The notes beneath the pieces are model-generated. The model had not been told where the DNA came from, ran no database searches, and saw only the letters and a program-made list of their open reading frames with translations. Shown in pieces: positions 19,525 through 27,588 of a DNA stretch of 64,000 nucleotides. A program made the translations under genes and the position numbers. The stretch is from positions 1,613 through 65,612 of the forward strand of contig DBPV01000004.1 in the NCBI GenBank assembly GCA_002304995.1, read 5' to 3'. Each line of letters begins with the position of its first letter. Position 1 is the first letter of the stretch. The DNA comes from Syntrophaceae bacterium UBA1411. GTDB lineage: Bacteria > Desulfobacterota > Syntrophia > Syntrophales > Smithellaceae.

Positions 19525-21159
19525 TCAGGTTTTCGAACCCTTTTCTTCGCCGGAAAACCGCTTTTTCAAATCCTGCTTCAAAATCTTCCCCGTCGGATTG
19601 CGCGGGAAGTCCGCCATGAACTCGACAAACTCGGGCAGTTTGTACTTGGCGAGTTTGTCGGCCAGGTAATCCCTGACTTCCTCGTCCGTCATCGTGCAGC
19701 CGTCCTGCAAAATGATGCAGGCGCGCACGCGCTCGCCCAGGGCCGGATCGGGAGCGCCCACCACCGCCGCCTCGGCGATCTTGGGATGCTGCTCCAGCGG
19801 AATCTCAATTTCGCGCGGATAGATGTTTTCGCCGCCCCGGTTGATCATCTCCTTCTTGCGGCCGGAAATATAGACGTAGCCCAGCTCATCCATGTGGCCC
19901 ATGTCGCCGGTGTGCAGCCACCCGTCGCGCAGCGACTCCGCCGTGGCTTCGGGCTTGTTGAGATAGCCGATCATCACCGCGTCGCCCCGGACGCAGATCT
20001 CCCCCCGCTCGCCGTAGGGAAGGATGTTGTTGTCGTCGTCCATGATCTCCACTTCCAGTCCGGGATATGCCATGCCGATGGAACCGATATTTTCCGGAAT
20101 GCCGGAGCAGGTAGTCGAAACGCCCGTGGCTTCGGTGAGCCCGTAACCGTCCACGACCTCGATGCCGAATTTCTCCTTGAAGCCGTGGATCAGCTCCACC
20201 GGCATGGGCGCGGCGCCGGTAAAGGCCATCCGCAGCTTCATCCGGCTGAAGTCGATCGACGCCGGATCGATGGCGTTGTAGACGTAGAAAAACATCGCGG
20301 GCACGCCCTGAACGGTCGTCACGCCGTAGCGCAGAATCGCCGGCCAGAAATCCTTCGGCGAAAACGACTTGCGGATGCAGACGGAAAGCCCCTGGTAAAT
20401 GATGGGATAGGTCCAGACGCACAGCGGATTGACATGAAACATGGGCAGAACGATCATGAACACGTCGCCGGGCTCGCTCCGGCCGAACATCGCGCTGCCC
20501 TTGCAGATGCACAGTTCGTTGCGGTGGGAAAGCAGAATCCCCTTGGGCATCCCGGTAGTCCCGGAGGAGTACATGAGCATCACCGGATCGTCCGCCGCCT
20601 GGGGCACGAGGCATTCGTCCGACGGAAAGGTCCGCAGAATCTCGGCCAGCGTCGTCTCGGCGATGTTTTCGGCATGCTGCACGTCCGTGACCACTTCCAC
20701 CACGACCGGTTTGTGCGCCGAGAGCCGCAGGCCTTTGGCGAATTCTTCCATATACTCGCTGCCGACAAAGACCACCCGGGGCCGGGAGTCTTCCAGAACA
20801 TAGGCGATTTCCGGACCCTTGAGCATGTAGTTTACCGCGCCGGTGACAAAGCCCAGCTTCTGCGCGCCAAACATCGTATAATAAATTTCCGGAGCGTTCA
20901 GAACCATCACGGAGACGATGTCGCCTTTTTTCACGCCTTTGCCTTTCAAGTAGTTCGCGACCGCGTTGGCGCGGTCATTGACCTGCGCGTAGGTGATCAC
21001 GTCGTCGTAAAAATACACCAGCGGATCATCCGGCCGCTCGCGGACGCGCGTGAGAAACATTTCGGCGATGTTTTCAAAATCAAGTTGCCTGCCCGTCAGC
21101 ATGGGCACCTCCGCGAGCGGAACATAGGTCCGCACATAACGTTTGCTTTTATCCACCAT
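19525..21159 (-). CDS. AMP-dependent acyl-CoA synthetase/ligase (long-chain fatty-acid-CoA ligase-like)
   Basis: Start moved to ATG 21159 (MVDKSKRY...), preceded by AAGGAG. AMP-binding motif YSSGTTGMPKG, plus GYGLTE, TGDMG and GRKKEMINRGGENIYPREIE motifs. Confidence 0.9.
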   Translation of the reverse strand: MVDKSKRYVRTYVPLAEVPMLTGRQLDFENIAEMFLTRVRERPDDPLVYFYDDVITYAQVNDRANAVANYLKGKGVKKGDIVSVMVLNAPEIYYTMFGAQKLGFVTGAVNYMLKGPEIAYVLEDSRPRVVFVGSEYMEEFAKGLRLSAHKPVVVEVVTDVQHAENIAETTLAEILRTFPSDECLVPQAADDPVMLMYSSGTTGMPKGILLSHRNELCICKGSAMFGRSEPGDVFMIVLPMFHVNPLCVWTYPIIYQGLSVCIRKSFSPKDFWPAILRYGVTTVQGVPAMFFYVYNAIDPASIDFSRMKLRMAFTGAAPMPVELIHGFKEKFGIEVVDGYGLTEATGVSTTCSGIPENIGSIGMAYPGLEVEIMDDDNNILPYGERGEICVRGDAVMIGYLNKPEATAESLRDGWLHTGDMGHMDELGYVYISGRKKEMINRGGENIYPREIEIPLEQHPKIAEAAVVGAPDPALGERVRACIILQDGCTMTDEEVRDYLADKLAKYKLPEFVEFMADFPRNPTGKILKQDLKKRFSGEEKGSKT

Positions 21160-21220
21160 TATCTTCTCCTTGCGGTTTATTGCGACATCGGCGCAGCGCC
21201 GGATGCAGCCGGCTCCTGCC

Positions 21221-22474
21221 TTACGGTTTGGCAGCGGGGGAATCCTTTCCCCGGCGGGACGCGTCTTTTTTCGACCGGCGCGCTTCAATTCTCTTTTTGT
21301 ACTCGCTGATGAATTCCCTGGACGACAGATACTTGTCCGCGAAAGAAACGATATAGGACTCCTTGTATTTCGGCGGCACGAGCGTCAGCGGCCACATGTG
21401 CTTGCGGATGATATCCTCTTCGATGTCGTTGAGCGAAAAGTATTTTCCGGCGTTGGCCACGGCGATTTTCGGATGCTCCAGGCCGTGGAATTTTTCCCGG
21501 GGCAAATCCGGCGCGTCGTGATTGCGCCAGTCATAGAGAAAAAAGTCGTGCAGCAGCGCGCCCCGGGCCGTAGAGCGGTAGTCGAGCTTGAGAAACTTGC
21601 TGATCCGGTAGGACAGGTAAGCCACATCGTGGACGTGGGAGTATATGGACGAGTTGTGATGGAAGTAGTCCTTGAGCTTCTGGAATTCCTCATGCGCGAG
21701 AATATCCCGCACGGTCTCGTAGTACTCCGCTTCGAAAGGCTTCCGGCCGTCGAGCTCCTGGAAGATTTTTTCCGAAACGGGCTTCAAAAACGAATCGATC
21801 TTGATCTTGATGCGCCGGTTGATGTGCGAGTTGACGTACTTGTTCAGATCGGGGAAGGCTTCCCGCAGACGCTGGAAGGATTTCAGGATATCCTCGATTT
21901 CAAGGCTGCTTAAGTTGAAGTACTCCTCGTAAAGGTAGGCGACGCCCTTGCGGAAGGCGGCCAGCGAAATCACGGAAAAGGTGTAGTCGATCCAGAAATA
22001 AACCATGAAAGCGATGGCGGCAATCTGCACCAGGCCCTCAGGCAGCAGGGCCACCCGCCGGAGGGCTTCGGGGTGGACAAACAGGACAAACCCCGTCGCC
22101 AGAAGCGTCCAGATCAGGGAAAACCGCAGGCAGACGTAGCCGTGGAGATTGAACCGCTTTTCCGAGTAGTCCCACAACTTCAGTTTGAAGATCTTTTCGG
22201 ACAGATAGCCGACCGCATATTCCAGAACCGTGATCACCAGACCGAAAGCGACCAACCGAACCGCGACGGGCCAATCCTGCAAAGCATGACCGAGCACAAT
22301 GACGAAAAACGCGCCGACGCCGTAAATGGGAATGAAGGGACCGAAGAGAAATCCTGCGTTGACGAATTTCCGCTGGGTCACCGAGCGGTAGATCACCTCC
22401 GCCACCCATCCGGCAAAGCAGTAAGCCGCAAACAAAACAATATAATAAAAGAAATTCAGATGCTGATCCAACAT
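21221..22474 (-). CDS. fusion protein: N-terminal polytopic membrane domain (PF06541-like) plus C-terminal HD phosphohydrolase domain
   Basis: 417 aa. About 170 aa with 4-5 TM helices (..AGWVAEVIYRS...GPFIPIYGVGA..). Then an H...HD...D pattern (HVHDVAYLS...ALLHDFFLYDW...KHMWPL). Likely in an operon with the ligase 61 nt downstream. Confidence 0.7.
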   Translation of the reverse strand: MLDQHLNFFYYIVLFAAYCFAGWVAEVIYRSVTQRKFVNAGFLFGPFIPIYGVGAFFVIVLGHALQDWPVAVRLVAFGLVITVLEYAVGYLSEKIFKLKLWDYSEKRFNLHGYVCLRFSLIWTLLATGFVLFVHPEALRRVALLPEGLVQIAAIAFMVYFWIDYTFSVISLAAFRKGVAYLYEEYFNLSSLEIEDILKSFQRLREAFPDLNKYVNSHINRRIKIKIDSFLKPVSEKIFQELDGRKPFEAEYYETVRDILAHEEFQKLKDYFHHNSSIYSHVHDVAYLSYRISKFLKLDYRSTARGALLHDFFLYDWRNHDAPDLPREKFHGLEHPKIAVANAGKYFSLNDIEEDIIRKHMWPLTLVPPKYKESYIVSFADKYLSSREFISEYKKRIEARRSKKDASRRGKDSPAAKP

Positions 22475-22617
22475 AGGGTTTGCCTGCCTTTTGTGTCGCC
22501 CGAGACTACACGATTCCCCTCTTTTTGTGAAGAAATTTTGCAGTCATCTGTGGTATGAAATGAGCGGTTGGAATATCTCTGCCGGCGGCTTCGGCAAAAA
22601 AAGCGGGAAGGGACCTC

Positions 22618-23547
22618 ATGATCCAGGACTATTTCATCGCGGCGCTCAAGGGAATGGGCATGGGCGCGGCCAACGTCATTCCCGGCGTTTCCGGCGGCAC
22701 GATCGCTTTGATCACGGGCATTTTTCAGCGGCTCATCGACGCCCTGAAATCATTCGATCTTCAGGCGTTCAAGCTTTTTTTTACGGGCCGGTGGCGGGCC
22801 TTCGCCCGGCATACCGACTTCTTTTTTCTGCTGGCCGTTTTTCTGGGCGCGGCCGCAAGCATTCTGTCGCTGGCCCGCCTGTTCCGGTTTCTGTTCGACC
22901 ATTACCCCGTCTTCATCTGGTCGTATTTTTTCGGACTTATCCTGGCCTCCGTCTTTTTCGTCGGAAAAACGATCGGACGCCGGACGCCGGCCGTGGCGGG
23001 GGTGTTTCTTCTGGGAACCGCCGTGGCCACCGCCGTTTCGCTCTTAAGCCCTGCGGCGCAAAACGATTCCTTCTGGTATCTGGCGGTTTGCGGCGTCGTG
23101 GCGATCTGCAGCATGATTCTGCCGGGCATCTCCGGTTCCTTCGTGCTGATCCTGATGGGTAATTATGAATTGATCGTCATCGACGCGATAAACGCGCTGG
23201 ACCTGCGCATCCTGCTTCCCGTGGCCCTGGGCGCCGCCGTCGGACTGGTGGCCTTTTCCCATTTCCTGTCCTGGATTTTCCGCAAGTTCCGCGCCGAAAC
23301 GATCGCCGCGCTGACCGGCTTCATTCTGGGCTCCCTTTTGACCCTCTGGCCCTGGAAGACGGCCGTCTGGCGCCTGGACGCGGGCGGCGCCCCCGTTGTA
23401 CGGGACGGCAAGAAACTGGTGGAAGGCTATTCCTATTTTCTGCCGCCGCTCGATGAAGCGTTTTGGTGGGCGCTGGCCGTCATGGCGGCGGGCGTCCTCA
23501 CGATATGGGCGACGGAGAAGCTGGCCGTTCGCGACGATACTCCGTAG
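22618..23547 (+). CDS. DUF368 family membrane protein (candidate undecaprenyl-phosphate translocase family)
   Basis: 309 aa polytopic. The N-terminal GMGAANVIPGVSGGTIALITG and the repeated ..ILPGISGSFVLILMG.. are DUF368 hallmarks. Confidence 0.8.
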   Translation: MIQDYFIAALKGMGMGAANVIPGVSGGTIALITGIFQRLIDALKSFDLQAFKLFFTGRWRAFARHTDFFFLLAVFLGAAASILSLARLFRFLFDHYPVFIWSYFFGLILASVFFVGKTIGRRTPAVAGVFLLGTAVATAVSLLSPAAQNDSFWYLAVCGVVAICSMILPGISGSFVLILMGNYELIVIDAINALDLRILLPVALGAAVGLVAFSHFLSWIFRKFRAETIAALTGFILGSLLTLWPWKTAVWRLDAGGAPVVRDGKKLVEGYSYFLPPLDEAFWWALAVMAAGVLTIWATEKLAVRDDTP

Positions 23548-23587
23548 CACATTCACCGGCCGCACGCGGCCCTGACAAGGAGGCATC

Positions 23588-24535
23588 ATGGAAAAAATCA
23601 GGCTCGGCATCAGCACCTGTCTTCTGGGAGAAAACGTCCGTTATGACGGAGGGCACAAGCTCGACCGTTTCCTGCGCGACACGCTGGGGCGGTACGTGAA
23701 CTACGTGCCTGTCTGTCCGGAGACCGAATGCGGAATGGGCATTCCCCGCGAAGCCATGCGGCTCGAAGGCAAACCGGACGCGCCCCGGCTCGTCACCCGC
23801 GCCAGCCGCATCGACAAAACGGACATGATGGTTTCCTGGGCGAAAAACCGCATCGCAAAACTCGCGTCCGAAGACCTCTGCGGCTTCATTTTCAAAAGCG
23901 ACTCACCGTCGAGCGGCATGGAGCGGGTGAAGGTCTATGACGACCGCGGCATGCCCGCGCGAACCGGCGTGGGCATCTTTGCGCGGATGTTCATGGACGC
24001 CTTTCCGCTGATTCCGGTGGAAGAGGAAGGGCGGTTGCACGACCCCGAGCTTCGCGAAAATTTCATCGAAAGGATTTTTGCGCTCATGCGCTGGCGCGGC
24101 GTCCGCGGGGCCAGGTCCCCCCGGGGCGCGCTGGTGGACTTTCACACCCGGCACAAGCTGCTTATTCTGGCGCACGGCGCCAAACCCTATCAGGCCATGG
24201 GAAAGCTGGTCGCCGGACAAAAAGGCATCCCCGTGCGGGATCTGATGGCGCAATACGAGGCGCTGCTCATGGAAGCGCTGAAGCTGAAAACCACGCCGAA
24301 AAAGAATGTCAACGTGCTCATGCACATGATGGGCTACTTCAGGCAGCAGCTGACCGCCGACGAAAAACAGGAGCTTCTCGAAATCTTCGAGCGCTATGCC
24401 CGGGGCCTGGTTCCCCTCATTGTTCCCCTCACCTTGCTCGGCCACTATGTGCGCAAGTACGATGAGCCTTATCTGAAGGGACAGGTGTACCTGAATCCGC
24501 ACCCGCTGGAACTGCAGCTGCGCAACCACGTTTAG
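23588..24535 (+). CDS. DUF523 (YbbK/TudS-like) plus DUF1722 (YbgA-like) fusion protein
   Basis: 315 aa. The N-terminus ..GISTCLLGENVRYDGGHK...VPVCPE.. is DUF523. The C-terminal helical part resembles YbgA. Confidence 0.75.
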   Translation: MEKIRLGISTCLLGENVRYDGGHKLDRFLRDTLGRYVNYVPVCPETECGMGIPREAMRLEGKPDAPRLVTRASRIDKTDMMVSWAKNRIAKLASEDLCGFIFKSDSPSSGMERVKVYDDRGMPARTGVGIFARMFMDAFPLIPVEEEGRLHDPELRENFIERIFALMRWRGVRGARSPRGALVDFHTRHKLLILAHGAKPYQAMGKLVAGQKGIPVRDLMAQYEALLMEALKLKTTPKKNVNVLMHMMGYFRQQLTADEKQELLEIFERYARGLVPLIVPLTLLGHYVRKYDEPYLKGQVYLNPHPLELQLRNHV

Positions 24536-24572
24536 GGGCGGACCGCGCCGCCTTCCGGCCGGCCCGGAGGCG

Positions 24573-25214
24573 TCAGTCCAGGATGTTGTTTTTGCGGAAA
24601 GGATCGTAAACCTGGTCCAGGCAGCTTTCGATTTCTCCGGGCGGAGCCAGGCAGAACAAAATGGATTTATCGCGCGGCATCGCCTTTTCCAGCTGTTCAA
24701 AGACCACCGGGTCCGGTTGGGCCACCGCCACGGTCAACTGCCGGGGACTGCTTTTCAAAACGACGATGCGGTTTCTGGCCGCAAACGCTTCGCCGATTTG
24801 CCGCTGCAGCGCGGCGGATGCCCGGCAATCGACCAGCGAAACGACGGGCATGCTGAAGTGGGCCGAAAGGGCGCTGAGATAATTTTCACCGCTCACGATC
24901 TTCCTCTGCACGAGCAGCGTTCCCAGCGGAACGTAGACGCCTTTCTTCTTCAGCGCCTGCTGTTCCAGCAGGTATTCGTCGAGCGTCTCCTGCGCCAGCG
25001 CGCCGCGGTCGACCAGAATCTCGCCGATCCGCTTTCTTTTGTTGTTGCTGAAAATCGCCCTCACAATCCGGGACTGGGGAAACCCCATTTCGCAGAGGAT
25101 CTGCCCCAGATATTTTCCGGGCTCCTGTTGCTGCCGCTCCATGGCCGCCTTCAGATCAGCTTCCGAGATGATCTTTTTCCGGATCAGAATCCGGCCGATT
25201 GGTTCAGACATCAT
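24573..25214 (-). CDS. stand-alone GspE/MshE N-terminal-domain protein (possible c-di-GMP receptor)
   Basis: 213 aa. Repeated (R/x)(L/I)GxxL(L/V/I)xxG(L/x)(I/L)xxxxLxxxLxxQ motifs; the best copy is R62-Q85, RIGEILVDRGALAQETLDEYLLEQ. The C-terminal part resembles T2SSE_N. No ATPase domain. Confidence 0.65.
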   Translation of the reverse strand: MMSEPIGRILIRKKIISEADLKAAMERQQQEPGKYLGQILCEMGFPQSRIVRAIFSNNKRKRIGEILVDRGALAQETLDEYLLEQQALKKKGVYVPLGTLLVQRKIVSGENYLSALSAHFSMPVVSLVDCRASAALQRQIGEAFAARNRIVVLKSSPRQLTVAVAQPDPVVFEQLEKAMPRDKSILFCLAPPGEIESCLDQVYDPFRKNNILD

Positions 25215-25420
25215 TACACACCATCCGGTCAGTCGCAGTCCCTGGCGACGTGCGGCTCTTTCCCTGAGCGCTCTGGGGGATTGTTTTTAAGGAAGGAAGG
25301 TATTTCCAACGCTGGGCCGAAGTTTATACAAAACCGCGGACGCTGTCAACCGCAACCCTGCGCCGGCGGGGCTGTCAGCGGATTTCCCGGACGCCCCGCG
25401 GCGGAGGATTGCCGCGTCCG

Positions 25421-26224
25421 TCAGACTTTCATGCCCGGCAGGTTCAGCGACGCCGTGTTGCCGCCATCCACCGGCAGAGCCTGCCCGGTGATATAGCTTG
25501 CCTCGTCGCTGGCCAGAAAGCAGATCGCCCGGGCCACTTCTTCCGGCCGGCCGTAGCGCCGCAGTTCACAGCGGCTGCCGAGTTTGTCCACCTTGCCTCT
25601 ATCCCGCGCCAGATCGAAGATCGGACGGGTCATCCCCGTTTCGATCAGCCCCGGACAGACGGCATTCACCCGGATGTTGTAGCCGCCCAGGTCGCAGGCC
25701 GCCGTTTTGGTGAAATTGATCACGGCCGCCTTGCTTGCGCTGTAGGCGTTGAGGCCCGCGCCGGCGCGGATGCCCGCGACCGAAGCCGTGTTGACGACGG
25801 CGCCCGCGTTTTGCGCCCGCATGTGCGGGGCGGCGTGCTTGATCGCATAAACCGCGCCCAGGACATTCACGGCGTAAACCTGCTGCCAGTCTTCACCCGA
25901 TTCCTGCTCCAGTCCCAGAAACTGTCCCGTGATGCCGGCGTTGTTGCACAGAATATCGATCCGGCCGTAGGTCGCAACGACCAGACGGATCAGTTCGGCA
26001 ACGTCGCTTTCCTGCGACACGTCCGTCCGCCGGCCTACGACATCGGCCGTTTCCTCTTGGACCAGCTTAATCGTTTCCGCAAGGCCCTTTTCATGGATAT
26101 CGGCCAGAACCAGTTTTGCGCCCTCGCGGGCGAAAAGCACCGCCGCAGCCCGGCCGATGCCGTCGGCCGCCCCGGTGATCACGGCTGACTTGCCTTCCAG
26201 CCGCCCGTCTCTCCTGTTGGTCAT
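25421..26224 (-). CDS. SDR family oxidoreductase (3-hydroxyacyl-CoA/3-oxoacyl reductase-like)
   Basis: Start moved to ATG 26224 (MTNRRDGRLEGKSAVITGAADGIG...), preceded by AGGAGG. NNAG, YSASK (YxxxK) and PG motifs. Confidence 0.85.
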   Translation of the reverse strand: MTNRRDGRLEGKSAVITGAADGIGRAAAVLFAREGAKLVLADIHEKGLAETIKLVQEETADVVGRRTDVSQESDVAELIRLVVATYGRIDILCNNAGITGQFLGLEQESGEDWQQVYAVNVLGAVYAIKHAAPHMRAQNAGAVVNTASVAGIRAGAGLNAYSASKAAVINFTKTAACDLGGYNIRVNAVCPGLIETGMTRPIFDLARDRGKVDKLGSRCELRRYGRPEEVARAICFLASDEASYITGQALPVDGGNTASLNLPGMKV

Positions 26225-26323
26225 CACGATAAAAACCTCCTGTGGTAAAATGCACCGTGGCTGGAGATGTGCACCAGCCACGATCGATTCGTCAATCCGG
26301 ATTTCTCCGCCCGAAAAGGCCGC

Positions 26324-27511
26324 TTATTGATCGACTCTCTGCCACAGAGACGCGTTGCCGTTGCCGAAACCGCCGCAGAGCATGGCGACGCCGTATTTGG
26401 CGTCCTTGAAATCCGTCTTCATGATGTTGTTGAGCGTGACGATGATGCGGCAGCCCGATTCGCCCAGAGGATGCCCCAGCGCCAGCGCCCCGCCCCAGAC
26501 GTTCACGTTGTCAAAAGGCGCGTTTTGCGCAATGCCCAGCTCGCGCAGGCAGGCCAGAGCCTGGCTGCCGAAAGCTTCATTGAGTTCCCAGACGCCGATG
26601 TCCTTCACGGTCAAACCGGTGCGCTTCAGAAGTTTCTGCGCAGCATAGATGGGACCGACGCCCATGACGGTCGGATCGCATCCCGCCATCGCGCCTCCGG
26701 CGTATTTGATATGATAGGAAAGTCCGAGTTCATCGGCCTTGTCCCGGCTCATGAGCAGGAGCGCCGCAGCGCCCGCCGTAAGCGGCGAAGACACGGCCGC
26801 CGACACCACGCCGCCTTCCTTGAAGGGCGTTTTCATTGTAGCCATCTCTTCGAGCGACACGTTGTCGCGGATCCACTGATCCGTTTTCACCATGAACTTC
26901 GTTCCGTCTTCCTGCTCTCCTTCGATGGGAACAATTTCGTTGTCAAACTTCCCGGCATCACGGGCCGCCGCTGCCTTCTTGTTGCTCCAGTACGCCATCA
27001 CTTCGGCGTCCCTGCGGCTGACTTTCCACAACTCGGCCACCTTCTCTGCCGTGTTGCCCATCGGAAGATCCATCATATTGTAGCGATCGAGAAGTTTCGG
27101 CGTAATGTCCATGGCGAACATCATGGGAACTTTCTCCATGTCTTCGACGCCGGAAGCGATGTAGATGTCGCCCTCGCCGCACATGATGGCCCGGGCCGCG
27201 TGCTCCGTGGCCGACATGCCCGACGGACACTGCTGGTTGATTCCATTGCTCGCCACGCATTCCGGAAATCCTCCGGCCAGCCAGGCAATCCGGGCAATGT
27301 CGTTCTGCATGCCGGCCTGATTGGCCGATCCGCAGAAAACCGCTTCAACCTCTTCGGGCTTTACCTTAGGATTGCGTTTGAACAGGGCTTTGTAGACTTC
27401 AATCAGCACCTGATCCGGCCGGACATGCCGAAACCAGCCTTTATCCTTGTGGGCCCGTACATTCGCGCTTCTTACACCGTCAACCACCACACATTCCTTC
27501 ATCGTTTTCAT
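26324..27511 (-). CDS. thiolase (acetyl-CoA C-acyltransferase family)
   Basis: Real start is ATG 27511 or 27502 (MKTMKECVVVDG...). Active-site Cys context NQQCPSG, plus NEAFGSQ, GHPLGESG and CGGFGNG motifs. The 5' 89 codons of the track ORF overlap the upstream gene and are rejected. Confidence 0.88.
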   Translation of the reverse strand: MKTMKECVVVDGVRSANVRAHKDKGWFRHVRPDQVLIEVYKALFKRNPKVKPEEVEAVFCGSANQAGMQNDIARIAWLAGGFPECVASNGINQQCPSGMSATEHAARAIMCGEGDIYIASGVEDMEKVPMMFAMDITPKLLDRYNMMDLPMGNTAEKVAELWKVSRRDAEVMAYWSNKKAAAARDAGKFDNEIVPIEGEQEDGTKFMVKTDQWIRDNVSLEEMATMKTPFKEGGVVSAAVSSPLTAGAAALLLMSRDKADELGLSYHIKYAGGAMAGCDPTVMGVGPIYAAQKLLKRTGLTVKDIGVWELNEAFGSQALACLRELGIAQNAPFDNVNVWGGALALGHPLGESGCRIIVTLNNIMKTDFKDAKYGVAMLCGGFGNGNASLWQRVDQ

Positions 27512-27588
27512 TCCTTTCGTTAGGTCAGTTTTTTCAAACTCCACAGCGTCCGCTATTCCGGCCCCTGCCTGGGGGCCGGAGTCGTCGT

